DNA of 64,000 nt from the NCBI GenBank assembly GCA_049976425.1, contig JBMFIG010000001.1:128001-192000 (forward strand). Reading direction: 5' to 3'. The position numbers and the translations under genes are program-made. Under the pieces are notes generated by a model that saw nothing but the letters and a program-made list of their open reading frames with translations, was not told the DNA's origin and did no database searches. This DNA is from Thermoproteus sp. GTDB taxonomy: Archaea > Thermoproteota > Thermoprotei > Thermoproteales > Thermoproteaceae. This document shows, in pieces, positions 47,032 to 58,084 of the stretch; positions within the stretch are counted from its first letter, which is position 1, and each line of letters begins with the position of its first letter.

Positions 47032-48738
47032 ATGGCTAAATTCGTCATCGGCAGCGCTTGGCCCTACGTCCAGTCGGTGCCGCACCTCGGCAACATGATA
47101 GGGTCGGTGCTGTCCGCCGACGTGTATGCGCGCTACCTCAGACTGCGGGGCCACGAGGTGGTCTTCGTCTCGGGCTCCGACATGCACGGCACGCCGATAG
47201 AGGTCGAGGCGATACAGCTGGGGGTGGATCCGCAGGACTACGCCATGAGGATGCACGGGATAGTTGCCGAGCTGTTTAGGCGGTGGGACATCTCCTTCGA
47301 CCTATACACGCATACCCACAGCGACACCCATATAGAGTTTACAAAGGAGTTCTTTAAGAAGATCTATGAAAACGGATATGTATTTACACAGGAGGACGAG
47401 TTGCCCTACTGCCCCAACGACAAGATATTCCTGCCGGATAGGTTCGTTATAGGGAAATGCCCCTACTGCGGATACGAGAGGGCTAGGGGGGATCAGTGCG
47501 AGAGGTGCGGGAGGCTTCTGGAGCCCCGCCTCCTCATAGAACCCAGATGTGCGGTCTGCGGCGCCAAGCCGGAGTGGCGCAGGACCAAACACTGGTATCT
47601 GGATCTGAAGAAGCTGGAGGACGCCGTGAGGAGGTATGTCGAGGGGAACGCGGAGTTGCCCCAGAACGCGCGGGAGATGGCCCTGGGCATACTTAGAGAG
47701 GGGCTGAGGCCGAGGGCAATAACGAGGGACAACAAGTGGGGGATCCCCGCCCCGTTTCCCGGCGCCGAGGGCAAGACTATCTATGTGTGGTTCGAGGCGG
47801 TCTTGGGCTACATCTCGGCGGTCAAGGAGTACTTCGAGAAGAGGGGCGAGCCGGATAGGTGGAAGGAGTTCTGGCTGGATCCGTCCACTAAGGCGGTGTT
47901 CTTCGTGGGCAAGGACAACATACCCTTCCACGTCATAATACTGCCCGCGCTCATAATAGCGAACGGCGGGGGCTACACAACGAGGCTCACGACGTCGTCG
48001 ACGGAATATCTGAACTACGAAGGCGATAAATTCTCCAAGAGCCGTAGATGGGGCGTATGGATAGACGAGGCGCTCAAGCTCATGCCGGTGGACTACTGGC
48101 GCTTCGTCTTGGTCTATATGAGGCCCGAGAATAGGGACGTCGACTTCACGTGGCAGACCGCCGTGGAGGTGGTGAACAAGGTTCTGAACGACGACGTGGG
48201 CAACTTCGCGCACAGAGTCCTCTCGTTCATAAAGACCAGGTTCGGCGGAGTTCTGCCGGGGCCCGGCCCCTCGACGCCTCCCGACGCCGAGTTCGTCGAG
48301 GCTGTGTCAAAATACGTCAAGTCGGCTGAGGCCCACTACGATAGGATAGAGCTCAAGGAGGCCTTGATGGACGCCGTCGAGATAGCCAGAGAGGGCAACA
48401 AGTACCTCAACCTGCGCGCGCCGTGGCAGTTGGTCAAGGAGAGGCCCGAGGAGGCGGGGACGGTCATGTACAACTCGTACAAGGCCTTGATGGCGCTGGC
48501 AGCTCTGCTATACCCGGTGATACCCTTGTCGGCCGAGAAGCTCTGGTCTATGATGGGCCTCCAGCCGCCTGTGAGGTGGCCAGACGCCGATCCCATGCCG
48601 GGCATCAAGCTGGGCGAGGTCGAGCCGTTGTTTAAGAAGATAGACAAGAATGAGCTGGACGCGATGCTGGCCGAGCTGAAGCGGCTGAGGGAAGAGCGCT
48701 GGAGCAGGAAATACCCCTGGGATCAAGTGGTCCTATAG
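47032..48738 (+). CDS. metG: Methionine--tRNA ligase
   Basis: WPY..PHLGN, SDMHGTP, Zn knuckles, [19 protein letters not shown]. Confidence 0.97.
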   Translation: MAKFVIGSAWPYVQSVPHLGNMIGSVLSADVYARYLRLRGHEVVFVSGSDMHGTPIEVEAIQLGVDPQDYAMRMHGIVAELFRRWDISFDLYTHTHSDTHIEFTKEFFKKIYENGYVFTQEDELPYCPNDKIFLPDRFVIGKCPYCGYERARGDQCERCGRLLEPRLLIEPRCAVCGAKPEWRRTKHWYLDLKKLEDAVRRYVEGNAELPQNAREMALGILREGLRPRAITRDNKWGIPAPFPGAEGKTIYVWFEAVLGYISAVKEYFEKRGEPDRWKEFWLDPSTKAVFFVGKDNIPFHVIILPALIIANGGGYTTRLTTSSTEYLNYEGDKFSKSRRWGVWIDEALKLMPVDYWRFVLVYMRPENRDVDFTWQTAVEVVNKVLNDDVGNFAHRVLSFIKTRFGGVLPGPGPSTPPDAEFVEAVSKYVKSAEAHYDRIELKEALMDAVEIAREGNKYLNLRAPWQLVKERPEEAGTVMYNSYKALMALAALLYPVIPLSAEKLWSMMGLQPPVRWPDADPMPGIKLGEVEPLFKKIDKNELDAMLAELKRLREERWSRKYPWDQVVL

Positions 48739-49973
48739 ACGCCTTTGGCCCAGAGGTACACCGGCTCGGCACGCTCGATCTCGACCTCCAGGAACGAGCC
48801 CAGAGGCCCTTCGCCGCGGCCCACCACGACCTGTCTATAGTCAGGCGCCCTCCCCACCACAAGCCCGTGGTCGACCTCGTCGACTAAGACCTTCAGCCGT
48901 CTGCCGACCAGTCTGGAGTTCCTCGCGTGCGCTATCTTCAACGCGAGCTCCGAGGCGATCTTGCTACGCTCCTTCTTCACCGCGTCCGGTATCTGCCCCG
49001 GCATCACCGAGGCCTCTGTGAACGGCCTCCTGCTGTAGCGCGCCACGTGCACCTTGTCGAACTCCAGCTCCTCCATGAGCCTCAAGGTAGCCCTAAAGTC
49101 CTCCTCTGTCTCCCCAGGGAACCCCACTATCACGTCTGTGGCTATGAACACGTCGTCGTTGAGCTCTCTCTTGATCTTAAGAATAAGGCCTCGGTACTCG
49201 TCGGCGGTGTACCTCCTCCCCATCTTGCGCAACACCTCGTCGCTACCCGACTGGACCGGCAGATGGAAATACCTATAGACCCTCTCGTCTCTCTTGACTA
49301 TGTCCAAAATAGCGTCGGCAAACTTCCCGAACACCCACGGCTCCGACATGCCTATCCTTATCCTATAGTCCCCCTCGACCTCGGACAAGATCCTCTCCAG
49401 GAGATCGGGGAGGTTCCAGCCCCTCCGCCATCTGGCGTCGAAGCCGTAGGTTATGACGTCCTGCCCCGTCAAGTAGATCTCCTTGGCGCCCTTGGCGACG
49501 GCCTTCTTCACGTACTCCACGACTAGATCAGGCGGGGCGCTCCTCACGTAGCCGGCACCGCCTCTAGTGTACTTGGTTATGCAGAAAGTGCAGTTGCCGA
49601 GGCACCCCACCTGTAGGGGTACTGTGTAGATTAAGCCTTCGTCGGGCTCCGGCAGGACCGACATGCTCCGCCCCTCGCCGCCTTCTACCTGCTCCGGGTA
49701 CAACAACTCGGCGTTCTTGGCGACCTGCCGTATGGTGTAGGGCCGCGCCTTGGCAAGACATCCGGCAACCACAAGCCTCTTGGACTCAGAGGCGAGCTGG
49801 CCCAGCCTCCTCAACTGCCTCACCTCGCCGTCCTCCCTAACCGCGCACGTGTAGACCAAGACGAGGTCGGCATCGCGCGGGCTCTCGGCTACGGCGCCGC
49901 CCAGCCTCTGCAGTAGTATTTGGGCATCCGCCTTGGCCAGCCAACAGCCGTAGGTCTCGACGTAGATCCGCAC
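48723..49973 (-). CDS. tRNA methylthiotransferase (MiaB/MtaB-like radical SAM with TRAM domain)
   Basis: [35 protein letters not shown]. Confidence 0.92.
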   Translation of the reverse strand: MRIYVETYGCWLAKADAQILLQRLGGAVAESPRDADLVLVYTCAVREDGEVRQLRRLGQLASESKRLVVAGCLAKARPYTIRQVAKNAELLYPEQVEGGEGRSMSVLPEPDEGLIYTVPLQVGCLGNCTFCITKYTRGGAGYVRSAPPDLVVEYVKKAVAKGAKEIYLTGQDVITYGFDARWRRGWNLPDLLERILSEVEGDYRIRIGMSEPWVFGKFADAILDIVKRDERVYRYFHLPVQSGSDEVLRKMGRRYTADEYRGLILKIKRELNDDVFIATDVIVGFPGETEEDFRATLRLMEELEFDKVHVARYSRRPFTEASVMPGQIPDAVKKERSKIASELALKIAHARNSRLVGRRLKVLVDEVDHGLVVGRAPDYRQVVVGRGEGPLGSFLEVEIERAEPVYLWAKGVYRTT

Positions 49974-49991
49974 GCGGTCTATAGGAACTGG

Positions 49992-50291
49992 CTATTTATG
50001 TCGATCGCAAGGCTCGTACTTAACAAACCTGTAATATAGGGTATCGCGCTCGAAATCCCTAACCTCGTCCAGCACCAGCAGACAGCCGCACGGCGGCTCG
50101 ATATATATACGCCGTACCTTACTGCGGGCGTCCTCCTTAACGACCTTCGTGGTGACGCCGCCCGAATCGATAGTGAAGACTGTAAGCGAGCCCTTGGAGG
50201 CCACGCGCCCCCATTGGGAAAGCCTCGCCACTATCTCCTCGCTTATAGGCGCCTCGAACACGAACGTCTTAGTCTTAACTACACGTTGCAT
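49992..50291 (-). CDS. Hypothetical protein
   Basis: ATG at 50291 below a TTTAAT box; PPCGC motif. Confidence 0.65.
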   Translation of the reverse strand: MQRVVKTKTFVFEAPISEEIVARLSQWGRVASKGSLTVFTIDSGGVTTKVVKEDARSKVRRIYIEPPCGCLLVLDEVRDFERDTLYYRFVKYEPCDRHK

Positions 50292-50322
50292 AGCATGACT
50301 ACGGTATACAATTAAATTTTTC

Positions 50323-50748
50323 CTATCCACGAAAGCTATAGAGCAGAGACAAGACTTCGAAGACCTCAGTTACTAAGTCGTCAGGCATATCGCCTGTCAT
50401 GGCCTCGGGGGACGGGTGGACGTACGACGAGACTTTTAGATAAGTCCTCAAAACCCGCCTCTTGTACGGCCCCGGCAACCCGCTCCTCTCGAGCATAGAC
50501 ATGTTGAAGGACACGCCTCTACGCCCCCGCCTCTTAAGCACGTCGAGCCTAGCCTCGGGAGGGAAGCGCCTCATATAGCGCATCTGGATCCCTATCTCGA
50601 TAAGGAGCTTGAGACAACACGCCAGGGTCAGCCTGTCCCCGGATCTCCTACACGAGTCCAGAACCTTCAAGGCAAATGCCTTGACCGACCGCTCGTATTC
50701 CGACTGCTCTTCAATGGCCTCGACAGCCCTCCTCACGTCGTCCCACAC
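50323..50748 (-). CDS. Hypothetical protein (possible HEPN-like helical fold)
   Basis: GTG at 50748 below an ATATAAA box; Y..VSSYVHPS motif. Confidence 0.6.
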   Translation of the reverse strand: MWDDVRRAVEAIEEQSEYERSVKAFALKVLDSCRRSGDRLTLACCLKLLIEIGIQMRYMRRFPPEARLDVLKRRGRRGVSFNMSMLERSGLPGPYKRRVLRTYLKVSSYVHPSPEAMTGDMPDDLVTEVFEVLSLLYSFRG

Positions 50749-50778
50749 GCTTTTAATAGTCGGATTTCCCGCCTTTAT

Positions 50779-51669
50779 ATGCCCCACGCCTTCTTGGGCA
50801 AGTTGCCCGTGGGCTCCGGCCATCCGGTGAGGATTATGGGGGTTGTAAACGCCTCGCCCGAGTCCTTCTACGCAAGCTCGATCGCCGCCACGCCCGAGAA
50901 GGCCGTGGAGCTGGCAACCAGCTGGAGGGGCTTCGTGGACGTGATAGACGTGGGAGGCATGTCCACTGCGCCTTATAAGGATACGTGGGTGCCTGCAGAG
51001 GAGGAGCTGAGGCGCATCGTTCCGGTGACCAAGGCTCTCTCCCAAAACGTTGATGTGCCCATCAGCGTAGACACCTATAGGCCCAGAGTGGCCGAGGAGG
51101 CGCTCAAGGCAGGTGCCTCTATTGTAAACGACGTGACCGGCCTTAAGCTTTACCCTGAGATGTGTGGGGTGGTCAGAGATTACGGGGCATCGCTGATCTT
51201 GATGGCCCGGGAGAAGGAGCCGAGGCCCGGGGCCGACCCCGTGGATAGGCTCATCTCGGCGTTGCGGGAGAGCCTCGACGCCGCCCTTAAGTGCGGGGTT
51301 GATCCGGAGAAGATCGTCGTGGATCCCGGCATAGGGTTCCCTGTCCTACCTCCGGGAGATCTGCCGTATGTGGTTGCCGGCGAGTACAGACACGGCGATT
51401 CCCAGTGGCCTTGGTGGAGGTGGGATCTCTACATACTGAAAAACCTAGGGAGGTTCAAGGAGCTGGGTAGGCCTGTGTTGGTGGGGGCGTCCAGGAAGTC
51501 CTTCATAAGGAGGCTCGTCGGCGCGCGGACTCCCGACGAGGTCCTGCCGGGCTCGGTAGCCGCCGAGGCGCTGGCGGTACTACACGGCGCCGATATCGTG
51601 AGGACCCACAACCCTAAGGAGACCTGGCAAGCCGTCAGACTGGCGGAGGCGTTGAGAAACCTTAAATAA
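50779..51669 (+). CDS. folP: Dihydropteroate synthase
   Basis: IMGVVNASPESFY, DVGGMST, ISVDT, NDVTG, VDPGIGF, SRKS, RTHN. Confidence 0.93.
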   Translation: MPHAFLGKLPVGSGHPVRIMGVVNASPESFYASSIAATPEKAVELATSWRGFVDVIDVGGMSTAPYKDTWVPAEEELRRIVPVTKALSQNVDVPISVDTYRPRVAEEALKAGASIVNDVTGLKLYPEMCGVVRDYGASLILMAREKEPRPGADPVDRLISALRESLDAALKCGVDPEKIVVDPGIGFPVLPPGDLPYVVAGEYRHGDSQWPWWRWDLYILKNLGRFKELGRPVLVGASRKSFIRRLVGARTPDEVLPGSVAAEALAVLHGADIVRTHNPKETWQAVRLAEALRNLK

Positions 51670-51689
51670 ACAAATCAATATCGAAAAAC

Positions 51690-52541
51690 ATGAGAATTGC
51701 GATATCGAGAACAGGCAATAGGGTGGATGGACCCGGCGAGGGCGAGGAGATAGCCATATACGAGGTCGAGGACGGCCGATACAAGCTTGTCGAGGTCGTC
51801 GAAAACCCGGCGAAGTACGCCAAGATGGCGCAAGGCGCCGCGGCGTTGGCCGAAGCCCGCCGCCGAGGCGCGCAAGCGCTTATAGTCTCCGAGATAGGGC
51901 CTAGAGGCTTCGAGATAGCGAGAGCTTGGGGGCTAAAGGTGTACGTCTACGAGGGACTAGTCGAGGAGGCGTTGGCCAGATTCGTCGAAGGCGAATTGAA
52001 GGAGGCGGAGGGCCCTACGCACCACGAACATCACCACCACGGCGGCCACTGGCGCGGAGTGTCAGAGGACGAATACGCCCTACTGCTTAAATACACCCCT
52101 AGGGGCGGCATCGCCGCGGATCTGGGATGCGGCGCAGGTAGGCTGTGCGAGGTGTTGAAGGACTTCGCCTCGCGGGTCTACTGCGTGGATATAGACGAGG
52201 AGGCCCTCAAGGAGGTCGAGAAGATAGGTGCGCCCAACCTCTCGATACTTAGGGAGGACGTGCTCCACACATCGATACCCGGCAACTCCGTCGACGTGGT
52301 GGTCATGTCGAACGTGTTCCACGACCTCGCCGACAAGAAGGCGGCCGCGGCAGAGGTGGCCCGTATATTGAAGCAAGGAGGTCACATCATCTTGATAGAG
52401 CACAAGCCGGGCTCCCCGTTCGGGCCCCCCAGCTTTCTGAAAATGAGCCCAGACGACGTCAGAAAATATTTCAAGGGCTTCAAGGAAGTGGAGTACCAAG
52501 ACCTCGGCCACAACTACGCCTTAGTGTTCCAGAAGGCCTAA
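51690..52541 (+). CDS. NifB/NifX-family domain fused to a class I methyltransferase through a His-rich linker
   Basis: MRIAI...ENP...SEIGP N-domain; HHEHHHHGGH linker; ADLGCGAG, VDID, RILKQGG. Confidence 0.85.
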   Translation: MRIAISRTGNRVDGPGEGEEIAIYEVEDGRYKLVEVVENPAKYAKMAQGAAALAEARRRGAQALIVSEIGPRGFEIARAWGLKVYVYEGLVEEALARFVEGELKEAEGPTHHEHHHHGGHWRGVSEDEYALLLKYTPRGGIAADLGCGAGRLCEVLKDFASRVYCVDIDEEALKEVEKIGAPNLSILREDVLHTSIPGNSVDVVVMSNVFHDLADKKAAAAEVARILKQGGHIILIEHKPGSPFGPPSFLKMSPDDVRKYFKGFKEVEYQDLGHNYALVFQKA

Positions 52542-53140
52542 TAGCCCGCCTCGGCCAGGAAGCCCCTCAGAAGCTCCAAGAACTCCCTAGGCTTGTCCAG
52601 ATAGGCCGGATGTCCAGCTCCAGGCAGTACGGCGACCCTCGCCGACGGCAGAATCCTCTTCAGAAGAGGCGCGTATATTGAGGGAGGCGATATCTCGTCC
52701 TTCTCGCCCCATATGGCGGCGATCCGCGCATCCGACTTCGCGAGGCCGCTCTGCAGCCCCTTGTCGTCGAGGCCTACGGGCCCGACGAGCACCGCTAGAG
52801 CCGTCCCGTAGCCCAAGGCGACGTACCACATGAGCACTTCGCCTGACATCGAGGGGCCAACTATAGGCGGTTCGCCCAGCGAGAAGGCGTCCAGGATCTT
52901 CCTCAGGAATCGGGCGTAGCCCTTCGCGTCGGATCTAAACTTGGAGCTCTTGGACTTGGCCCCGTACGGCATATCGATCGCGTATACTGTGTAATTCTCG
53001 GCGAGGCTCTGGGCTATGCCGGAGGAGTACCAATTATCTGCGTTGAACGAATAGCCGTGTAGGAGGACTACGGGCTTCCCGTCGCCGCTCCTTATGTAGC
53101 GGATCCTAAGCCCTTCAAGGGACAGAGTCCCCTCCTCCAT
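52538..53140 (-). CDS. Alpha/beta hydrolase (ABHD14-like)
   Basis: LLHG, GPSMSG nucleophile elbow, WGEKD, AGHPAY. Confidence 0.88.
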   Translation of the reverse strand: MEEGTLSLEGLRIRYIRSGDGKPVVLLHGYSFNADNWYSSGIAQSLAENYTVYAIDMPYGAKSKSSKFRSDAKGYARFLRKILDAFSLGEPPIVGPSMSGEVLMWYVALGYGTALAVLVGPVGLDDKGLQSGLAKSDARIAAIWGEKDEISPPSIYAPLLKRILPSARVAVLPGAGHPAYLDKPREFLELLRGFLAEAGY

Positions 53141-53663
53141 GGCCGCCCACCTTCATCCTCATGAGGGAGAAGTTGTCCCTCTCGGTTATGACGGAGAGCC
53201 CCGTCCTAGTGGGGAACATCTCTATCCACACGATCTTGTCCGGCCTCGTCAAGTCGACCTTTCTGTCTATCCCCTTGGCCACATAGTCTATGACCGCCAG
53301 CCTGTCGTACTTGACGCCTCTCTTCTTCAGCTCTATCTTGAAGGTCTCGTTAGGCCCTATATGCTTCGCCGCGAGCTCCGAGGCGGCCCTCGCCACCTCG
53401 TCCAGATCGCTCTTGACGACCACCATTATCGGCGTCGCCCTCAAGACGAATCTGGGCACGTAGTATCCCGACGACACCAAATCGGCGAGCGCTCTCGTGA
53501 ACTCGAGAGGATCGCCCTCGACCTCAGCCGTGAGGAGCCCGTCGAAGCCGGTGAACCACACGTCCTTCACCCGCCGTGCTAATATATCGCCAATCTTGTA
53601 GAGCTCCTCCATGCACATCCTCTCTTGCCTCCAGCCAGTCGCCACGACCAAGTTGAAAGACAT
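53115..53663 (-). CDS. THUMP-domain RNA-binding protein (Tan1-like)
   Basis: ETFKIELKKRG, KVDLTRPDKIVWIE. Confidence 0.88.
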   Translation of the reverse strand: MSFNLVVATGWRQERMCMEELYKIGDILARRVKDVWFTGFDGLLTAEVEGDPLEFTRALADLVSSGYYVPRFVLRATPIMVVVKSDLDEVARAASELAAKHIGPNETFKIELKKRGVKYDRLAVIDYVAKGIDRKVDLTRPDKIVWIEMFPTRTGLSVITERDNFSLMRMKVGGHGGGDSVP

Positions 53664-53708
53664 CGACAGAACTTACGTGTACTAAATAAAGCTGTCCCCC
53701 GCCGCGTT

Positions 53709-54176
53709 TCAGGATCGCGCCAAGGCGCCCGGGAACACCAAGTCGTCCGAGGTGATCTCTATCAAGCCGAATAGGACGGCCCACGCTATCACCCTTCTCG
53801 TAGGCACATCGCCGCAGTAGCCCAACCCGCAGAGCATCTCGGTGACCTCGCCCAACGGCAACGGCGTCTTCCTCCTCAAGGACGCGAGGATATCGGCGAA
53901 GGGAGTAAGCGAGGCGAGCCTTCTGGCGATCTCGGCCTTAACGCTATCGAGATCTAAGACGGCCCTACGGCCCAGCTCTGTCAACTCCACATCGCCGGCC
54001 TTTACGGCCACTAGCCCTAGGGATTCGGCCGCGCCCACGGCCAAGCTTATCTCGTCGAAGTCTATCTCGACCTCCTCATCAATTCTGTAGATATCTGTCT
54101 TGCCGCCCAACGAGTGTACCACTCTCAGAAGTCCGAGGACTTGGTCGACGGCAGCCGGCTGAAACGACCTATTCAT
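53709..54176 (-). CDS. Stand-alone tandem wHTH 'AAA-associated' domain protein
   Basis: GLL, AAESLGLV...GDVELTELG, IAWAVLFGLI. Confidence 0.75.
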   Translation of the reverse strand: MNRSFQPAAVDQVLGLLRVVHSLGGKTDIYRIDEEVEIDFDEISLAVGAAESLGLVAVKAGDVELTELGRRAVLDLDSVKAEIARRLASLTPFADILASLRRKTPLPLGEVTEMLCGLGYCGDVPTRRVIAWAVLFGLIEITSDDLVFPGALARS

Positions 54177-54891
54177 CCCTCAAGAGGAGATCCAAGGACT
54201 TCCTCTCCAACGAGCTTAGTTGCGACATCAAGGCCTTACAGCCGGCATCGTTGCGGGCGCGGCACAGCCTATACATGTTGAGCGCCGCCGCGTCGCCCGG
54301 CTCCTCGCGACGCGCCAGTTTCTTTAAAGCCTCGACTCTCTTCGATACACAGTCGTTGTCGGCCTCCTCGATGACCTCCACAGACTCGCCTCTACGTAGC
54401 TGTAGCTTGACAGTGCAGGTCTCCGCTATGTAGGAGACCTCGACTTTATCGGCTAGTTTGATGGCGTCCCGTCCCCGCTCTACCTGAGAGGCGAAGAACA
54501 GTAGCTTCATCGCCAACTTCGCCGCGTTTTGGGAGGGCCACGTGAGGAGCGCCAGCGCAATCCTCTTGATCTCGTTAAGATCGCTGTCTGTCAACTCCTC
54601 GGGCCTCTTGCTCAAGAGCTCCTCCACCTTGTCTAGGTCTTCAGACGTCGGTATCTTCGGCTGGGACAGAGATTTCAGCGCGACCACCTCCTCCGACGAT
54701 ATGACGCCGCGTGCGGCCAGCATATCGGTTAAATTATCGACAAGCGTGTAGGTGTGGGCCCTTATCCAGACCAAGTTCGCGAGTATTGGGTATACGAGCG
54801 ACTGTAAAGTCCTCAGAGACTTGTATAGGTAGACTGCGATCCAGACCTCGAGAACCCCGAGCGCTGCGAGAACTATGTAAATCACATCCAC
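54169..54891 (-). CDS. Hypothetical protein with N-terminal TM anchor
   Basis: Hydrophobic N-terminus, helical body; TTTTATAA box upstream. Confidence 0.7.
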   Translation of the reverse strand: MDVIYIVLAALGVLEVWIAVYLYKSLRTLQSLVYPILANLVWIRAHTYTLVDNLTDMLAARGVISSEEVVALKSLSQPKIPTSEDLDKVEELLSKRPEELTDSDLNEIKRIALALLTWPSQNAAKLAMKLLFFASQVERGRDAIKLADKVEVSYIAETCTVKLQLRRGESVEVIEEADNDCVSKRVEALKKLARREEPGDAAALNMYRLCRARNDAGCKALMSQLSSLERKSLDLLLRDE

Positions 54892-54935
54892 ACGACAACG
54901 AAGTTCTAGTTATAAAAGTTCCCCCCTCTACAATC

Positions 54936-55631
54936 CTAGAGATCGGGGGCCTCTCGATCCCAGTCACTGCAGAGATCTATATCGCCATCGTATATCACGT
55001 AGCTGTCGGCGTAACGGAACCTATGGACTTCTACGGCCCCGCCTGATTTGATAAACATAGCGAATTCGCGGGAGAACGAGGGGTCGGTGGCCCAGTTTGG
55101 CATGAAGCACTCTGCGTCCGGCCTCATGACGAGCACGACGACCTTGGCCCTATAGCCGGCGCCCATTAACGACCTCAGTAGCTTCAAGTGCTCGGCCCCT
55201 CTCTTCGTCGGGGCGTCGGGGAACAAGGCCCTGCCGTCGACGACCAGCGTACATCCCTTAACCTCGATATACATATCGCCTAGAAGGAAGTCGAGCCTGT
55301 GGTTGCCTACTTTCACCTCCCTCTTAGCCCCGCCGAGGAACAAGGAAGCCACATCGCTGTGTATCCTGCTATCGGCGACGACCCAGACGCCGTTAGGCGC
55401 CTCCACCGCTGTTATGGAGCAGTCGGTCTTCGCCCCGCGCGTGGGCCTCACAACGGCTCTAGCGCCCCTACGCACGAGCTCCGGCAGACGCCCAGGGTCG
55501 TGGAGGTGGCAGTGCTTGACGGCGCCCCCGTCCAGAACTCTGACGAGGAACCTATTGGGCCTGTCGAGTATCTCGACGAGCCTTAGAGGGCCTTCGAATC
55601 TGTAGACAATGTCCCCAACCGCGGGGGCCAT
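54936..55631 (-). CDS. sfsA: SfsA-family PD-(D/E)xK nuclease
   Basis: RPNRF, HLHDPGRL, RLDFL, IEVKG, FPDAPTKRG..HL, DP.F. Confidence 0.92.
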   Translation of the reverse strand: MAPAVGDIVYRFEGPLRLVEILDRPNRFLVRVLDGGAVKHCHLHDPGRLPELVRRGARAVVRPTRGAKTDCSITAVEAPNGVWVVADSRIHSDVASLFLGGAKREVKVGNHRLDFLLGDMYIEVKGCTLVVDGRALFPDAPTKRGAEHLKLLRSLMGAGYRAKVVVLVMRPDAECFMPNWATDPSFSREFAMFIKSGGAVEVHRFRYADSYVIYDGDIDLCSDWDREAPDL

Positions 55632-55670
55632 AGCTACATAAATCTTATATAGTCTTAGCCCTCCCGCCCT

Positions 55671-56048
55671 ATGCCCAACGTCGAGGTTAAGGAAGTCCAA
55701 GAGGTGAGAGGATTCAGCACAATCAAGTCTGTCCCGAACAGATCCGCGCTGGCGCAAGACTTGAAGCCCGGCGTCATACTGATATTCCACGGCAAGGAGG
55801 GCGCGAATATGGTCGTCGAGGTCTTCACCCCGGATCCCAACGGCGATAAGACGCTAGGCGCTGGGAAGATGGCGGTTTACAAGTTCACGGGCTCCTCGGA
55901 CAAGGTGGACAACGCGTACGCGGCGATATTGTTCTGGGCCTTGAGCAACGGCGTCTCGCCGGGCTCTCCCACGAGGGAGGTCTACCTCAAGGTCGACAGA
56001 AACCAGACCCCGCCGGAGGTTGAGGTGGAGGTACAAGTACCTATCTAG
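55671..56048 (+). CDS. GyrI-like small-molecule-binding domain protein
   Basis: G.MAVY.F.G...V.NAY..I..W ... PTREVY. Confidence 0.75.
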   Translation: MPNVEVKEVQEVRGFSTIKSVPNRSALAQDLKPGVILIFHGKEGANMVVEVFTPDPNGDKTLGAGKMAVYKFTGSSDKVDNAYAAILFWALSNGVSPGSPTREVYLKVDRNQTPPEVEVEVQVPI

Positions 56049-56643
56049 GCCTCAGAGACGCCCCTATATTTTTCAGCAGAGAGGCCAGGAAGTAGAGCCC
56101 TCTACGGGCGTCTTCGTCCAGCATCAAGGCATTCAAGGTCTCCAGGAAGCCCGGAGCCTGCGCCCTACGGCTTTCGGCCAGCGCGGCGTCCAGCGCGTGG
56201 GCGATCCTCACGGAGGCCAGTCCGTCTAGTATCTTCGGCGTCTCGTTGAGCAGATAGAAGGTGCCGGTGGTCAGATACGCCCTCGCGGCCTCGCCCAAGG
56301 CCTCGGGCTCCGCCAAGCTGGCGGCGGCGTTTAGGAGGCCCGACCTCTCTAGGCCTTCCAGGAAGGAGAGCGCCTTGGCTAAAGCGTCGGCGTTCTTGGC
56401 CAACGCCTCGAGGACAGCCGAGATCCTGTCCAGGTTCATGAGCAATGCGACGACGCCTGTGTTCAGGAGGCTCTTGGCTACGTCGCCTAGGACCTCGCCG
56501 TCTAGCAGATCCTTTAGGGTGTCCAGAAGCCCCAGCTCGTCGGCTTTGACCAATATTTCAGAGAATTTGGCCAGAGCCCGCGCCGACTCCGGGCTCAACG
56601 CCTTGGAGAGGCTCTCCGCAACGGCCAGATCTGCCTCAGACAT
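56041..56643 (-). CDS. DUF1641-family membrane-associated protein
   Basis: Helical repeats; C-terminal DEDARRGLYFL..LLK.IG. Confidence 0.8.
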   Translation of the reverse strand: MSEADLAVAESLSKALSPESARALAKFSEILVKADELGLLDTLKDLLDGEVLGDVAKSLLNTGVVALLMNLDRISAVLEALAKNADALAKALSFLEGLERSGLLNAAASLAEPEALGEAARAYLTTGTFYLLNETPKILDGLASVRIAHALDAALAESRRAQAPGFLETLNALMLDEDARRGLYFLASLLKNIGASLRPR

Positions 56644-57818
56644 AGATCTTCGAAAGCTTCGCCGGCTCCGTCGCCTCGAAGTAGGCCTCGAATACGGGGT
56701 TCCAGAGCTCCGGGTACCTAACCATATCCCAGTAGGCCGCCGCGAACGCGATCTTGGCCAGGTGCGAGAAACGCGACGGCGGTAGCTTAACGACGGGGTT
56801 GTTGTAGTCGCTGATGACGAAGGTCCCCAGACCGTAGCCGAGATCGAATGGACAGTTTGTGCGCCCGTTGTTGCGGGCGTCCTCGCCCTGGAGCCTTCTG
56901 GCCACTACGCCTGCTTGCAAGTGCGCGGTGACTCCCGTCTTGGCAACTGGCACCGCCGACGCATCGCCTATGACAAAGGCGTCGTCGAAGCCCTTTATGT
57001 TGTTGGTGAACTTGTCGGCTTGTATGAATCTGTCGGTGGTGAGGACGTCCTCGGGCGAGATCTTCATGTCGGTGCCCACGTGGGGAGGTACCACGACCAA
57101 CGCGTCGTATTTGAGCTCCTCTCCCTCCATCGACACCGCGACTTTCCTATCCTCCTCTATCCTGTCGAGCGTGAAGAACGTGATGTACTCGACGCCGCGC
57201 TCCTTCAGGAGAGGCTCCACCACCTCGTTCATAGGCTCCGCGGGGTACGGGCGCGGGTAGGGCACCGCGAACACCACCTTGACCCTATCTCTGAGGCCAC
57301 GCGATCTGAAGAACTCCTCGGCAAGGAAGACCCCCTCGAGCGGCGACGGCGGGCACCTATAGGGATCTCCGCCGACAACTATCGCGAACGTGCCCTGTTT
57401 GAGCGAGTTCACGGTCTTCCAGACCCTCTCCGCGTTTTCTATAGTCGAGTGGTAGTCGCCGTACTTCTCCACGGCCTTCTCGTGGCCGCCTATCAGCCCG
57501 TACGTGGGCCGCGAGCCTGTAGCCACGACCAGATAGTCGTAATCCAGGGTCTTTCCATTCTCGAGGACGACCTTCCTGTTGTTGAGATCGACGGACTGGG
57601 CGCCCGACTGGATGAAGTTGACGCCCGGCTTGAGGAGCGATTATCTCCCGCTTCATGGGCCTTTTGGATCCCCTAAAGGCAACGTATAACAGCCAGGGCC
57701 AATAGTAGTGGTAGGGGCTCCTGTCGACTACAGTCACCTCGAAATCCTCCAGAGGGAGGTTGTTGGCCAGTATCGCGCCGCCGGACCCTCCGCCTATAAT
57801 TACAACGCGTCTTTTCAT
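56636..57818 (-). pseudogene. sqr: Sulfide:quinone oxidoreductase-like flavoprotein split by a frameshift near 57641
   Basis: IIGGGSGG in one frame; SLLKPGVNF...DYDYLVVATGS, YRCPPSP, IGDA, KTG and NCP in another. Confidence 0.85.
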
Positions 57819-58054
57819 TTCTTCGCCGTGACTTTAATCACGGCGATGTAGGTCCCTCCCTCCTCTCTGAACTCCAAGAGCTGGTTGCCGGTCCGTTTAA
57901 TCCAAGCCTCTACGTCGGGCTTGAAGCCGGGGTCCGTGGCCATGACCTCTATAACATCGCCGTTTTTGGCGTTCCTATACGCCTTGACGAGCTCGGTGAT
58001 GGGCCCCGGACAAGCTATCCCCCTCGCGTCCACCTTTATTCTGTTCTCGGCCAT
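57815..58054 (-). CDS. tusA: TusA/SirA sulfur carrier
   Basis: VDARGIACPGP, TDPG; ATG at 58054. Confidence 0.92.
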   Translation of the reverse strand: MAENRIKVDARGIACPGPITELVKAYRNAKNGDVIEVMATDPGFKPDVEAWIKRTGNQLLEFREEGGTYIAVIKVTAKK

Positions 58055-58084
58055 GCCGCCCTTGACATCACTTTTTATATGACT

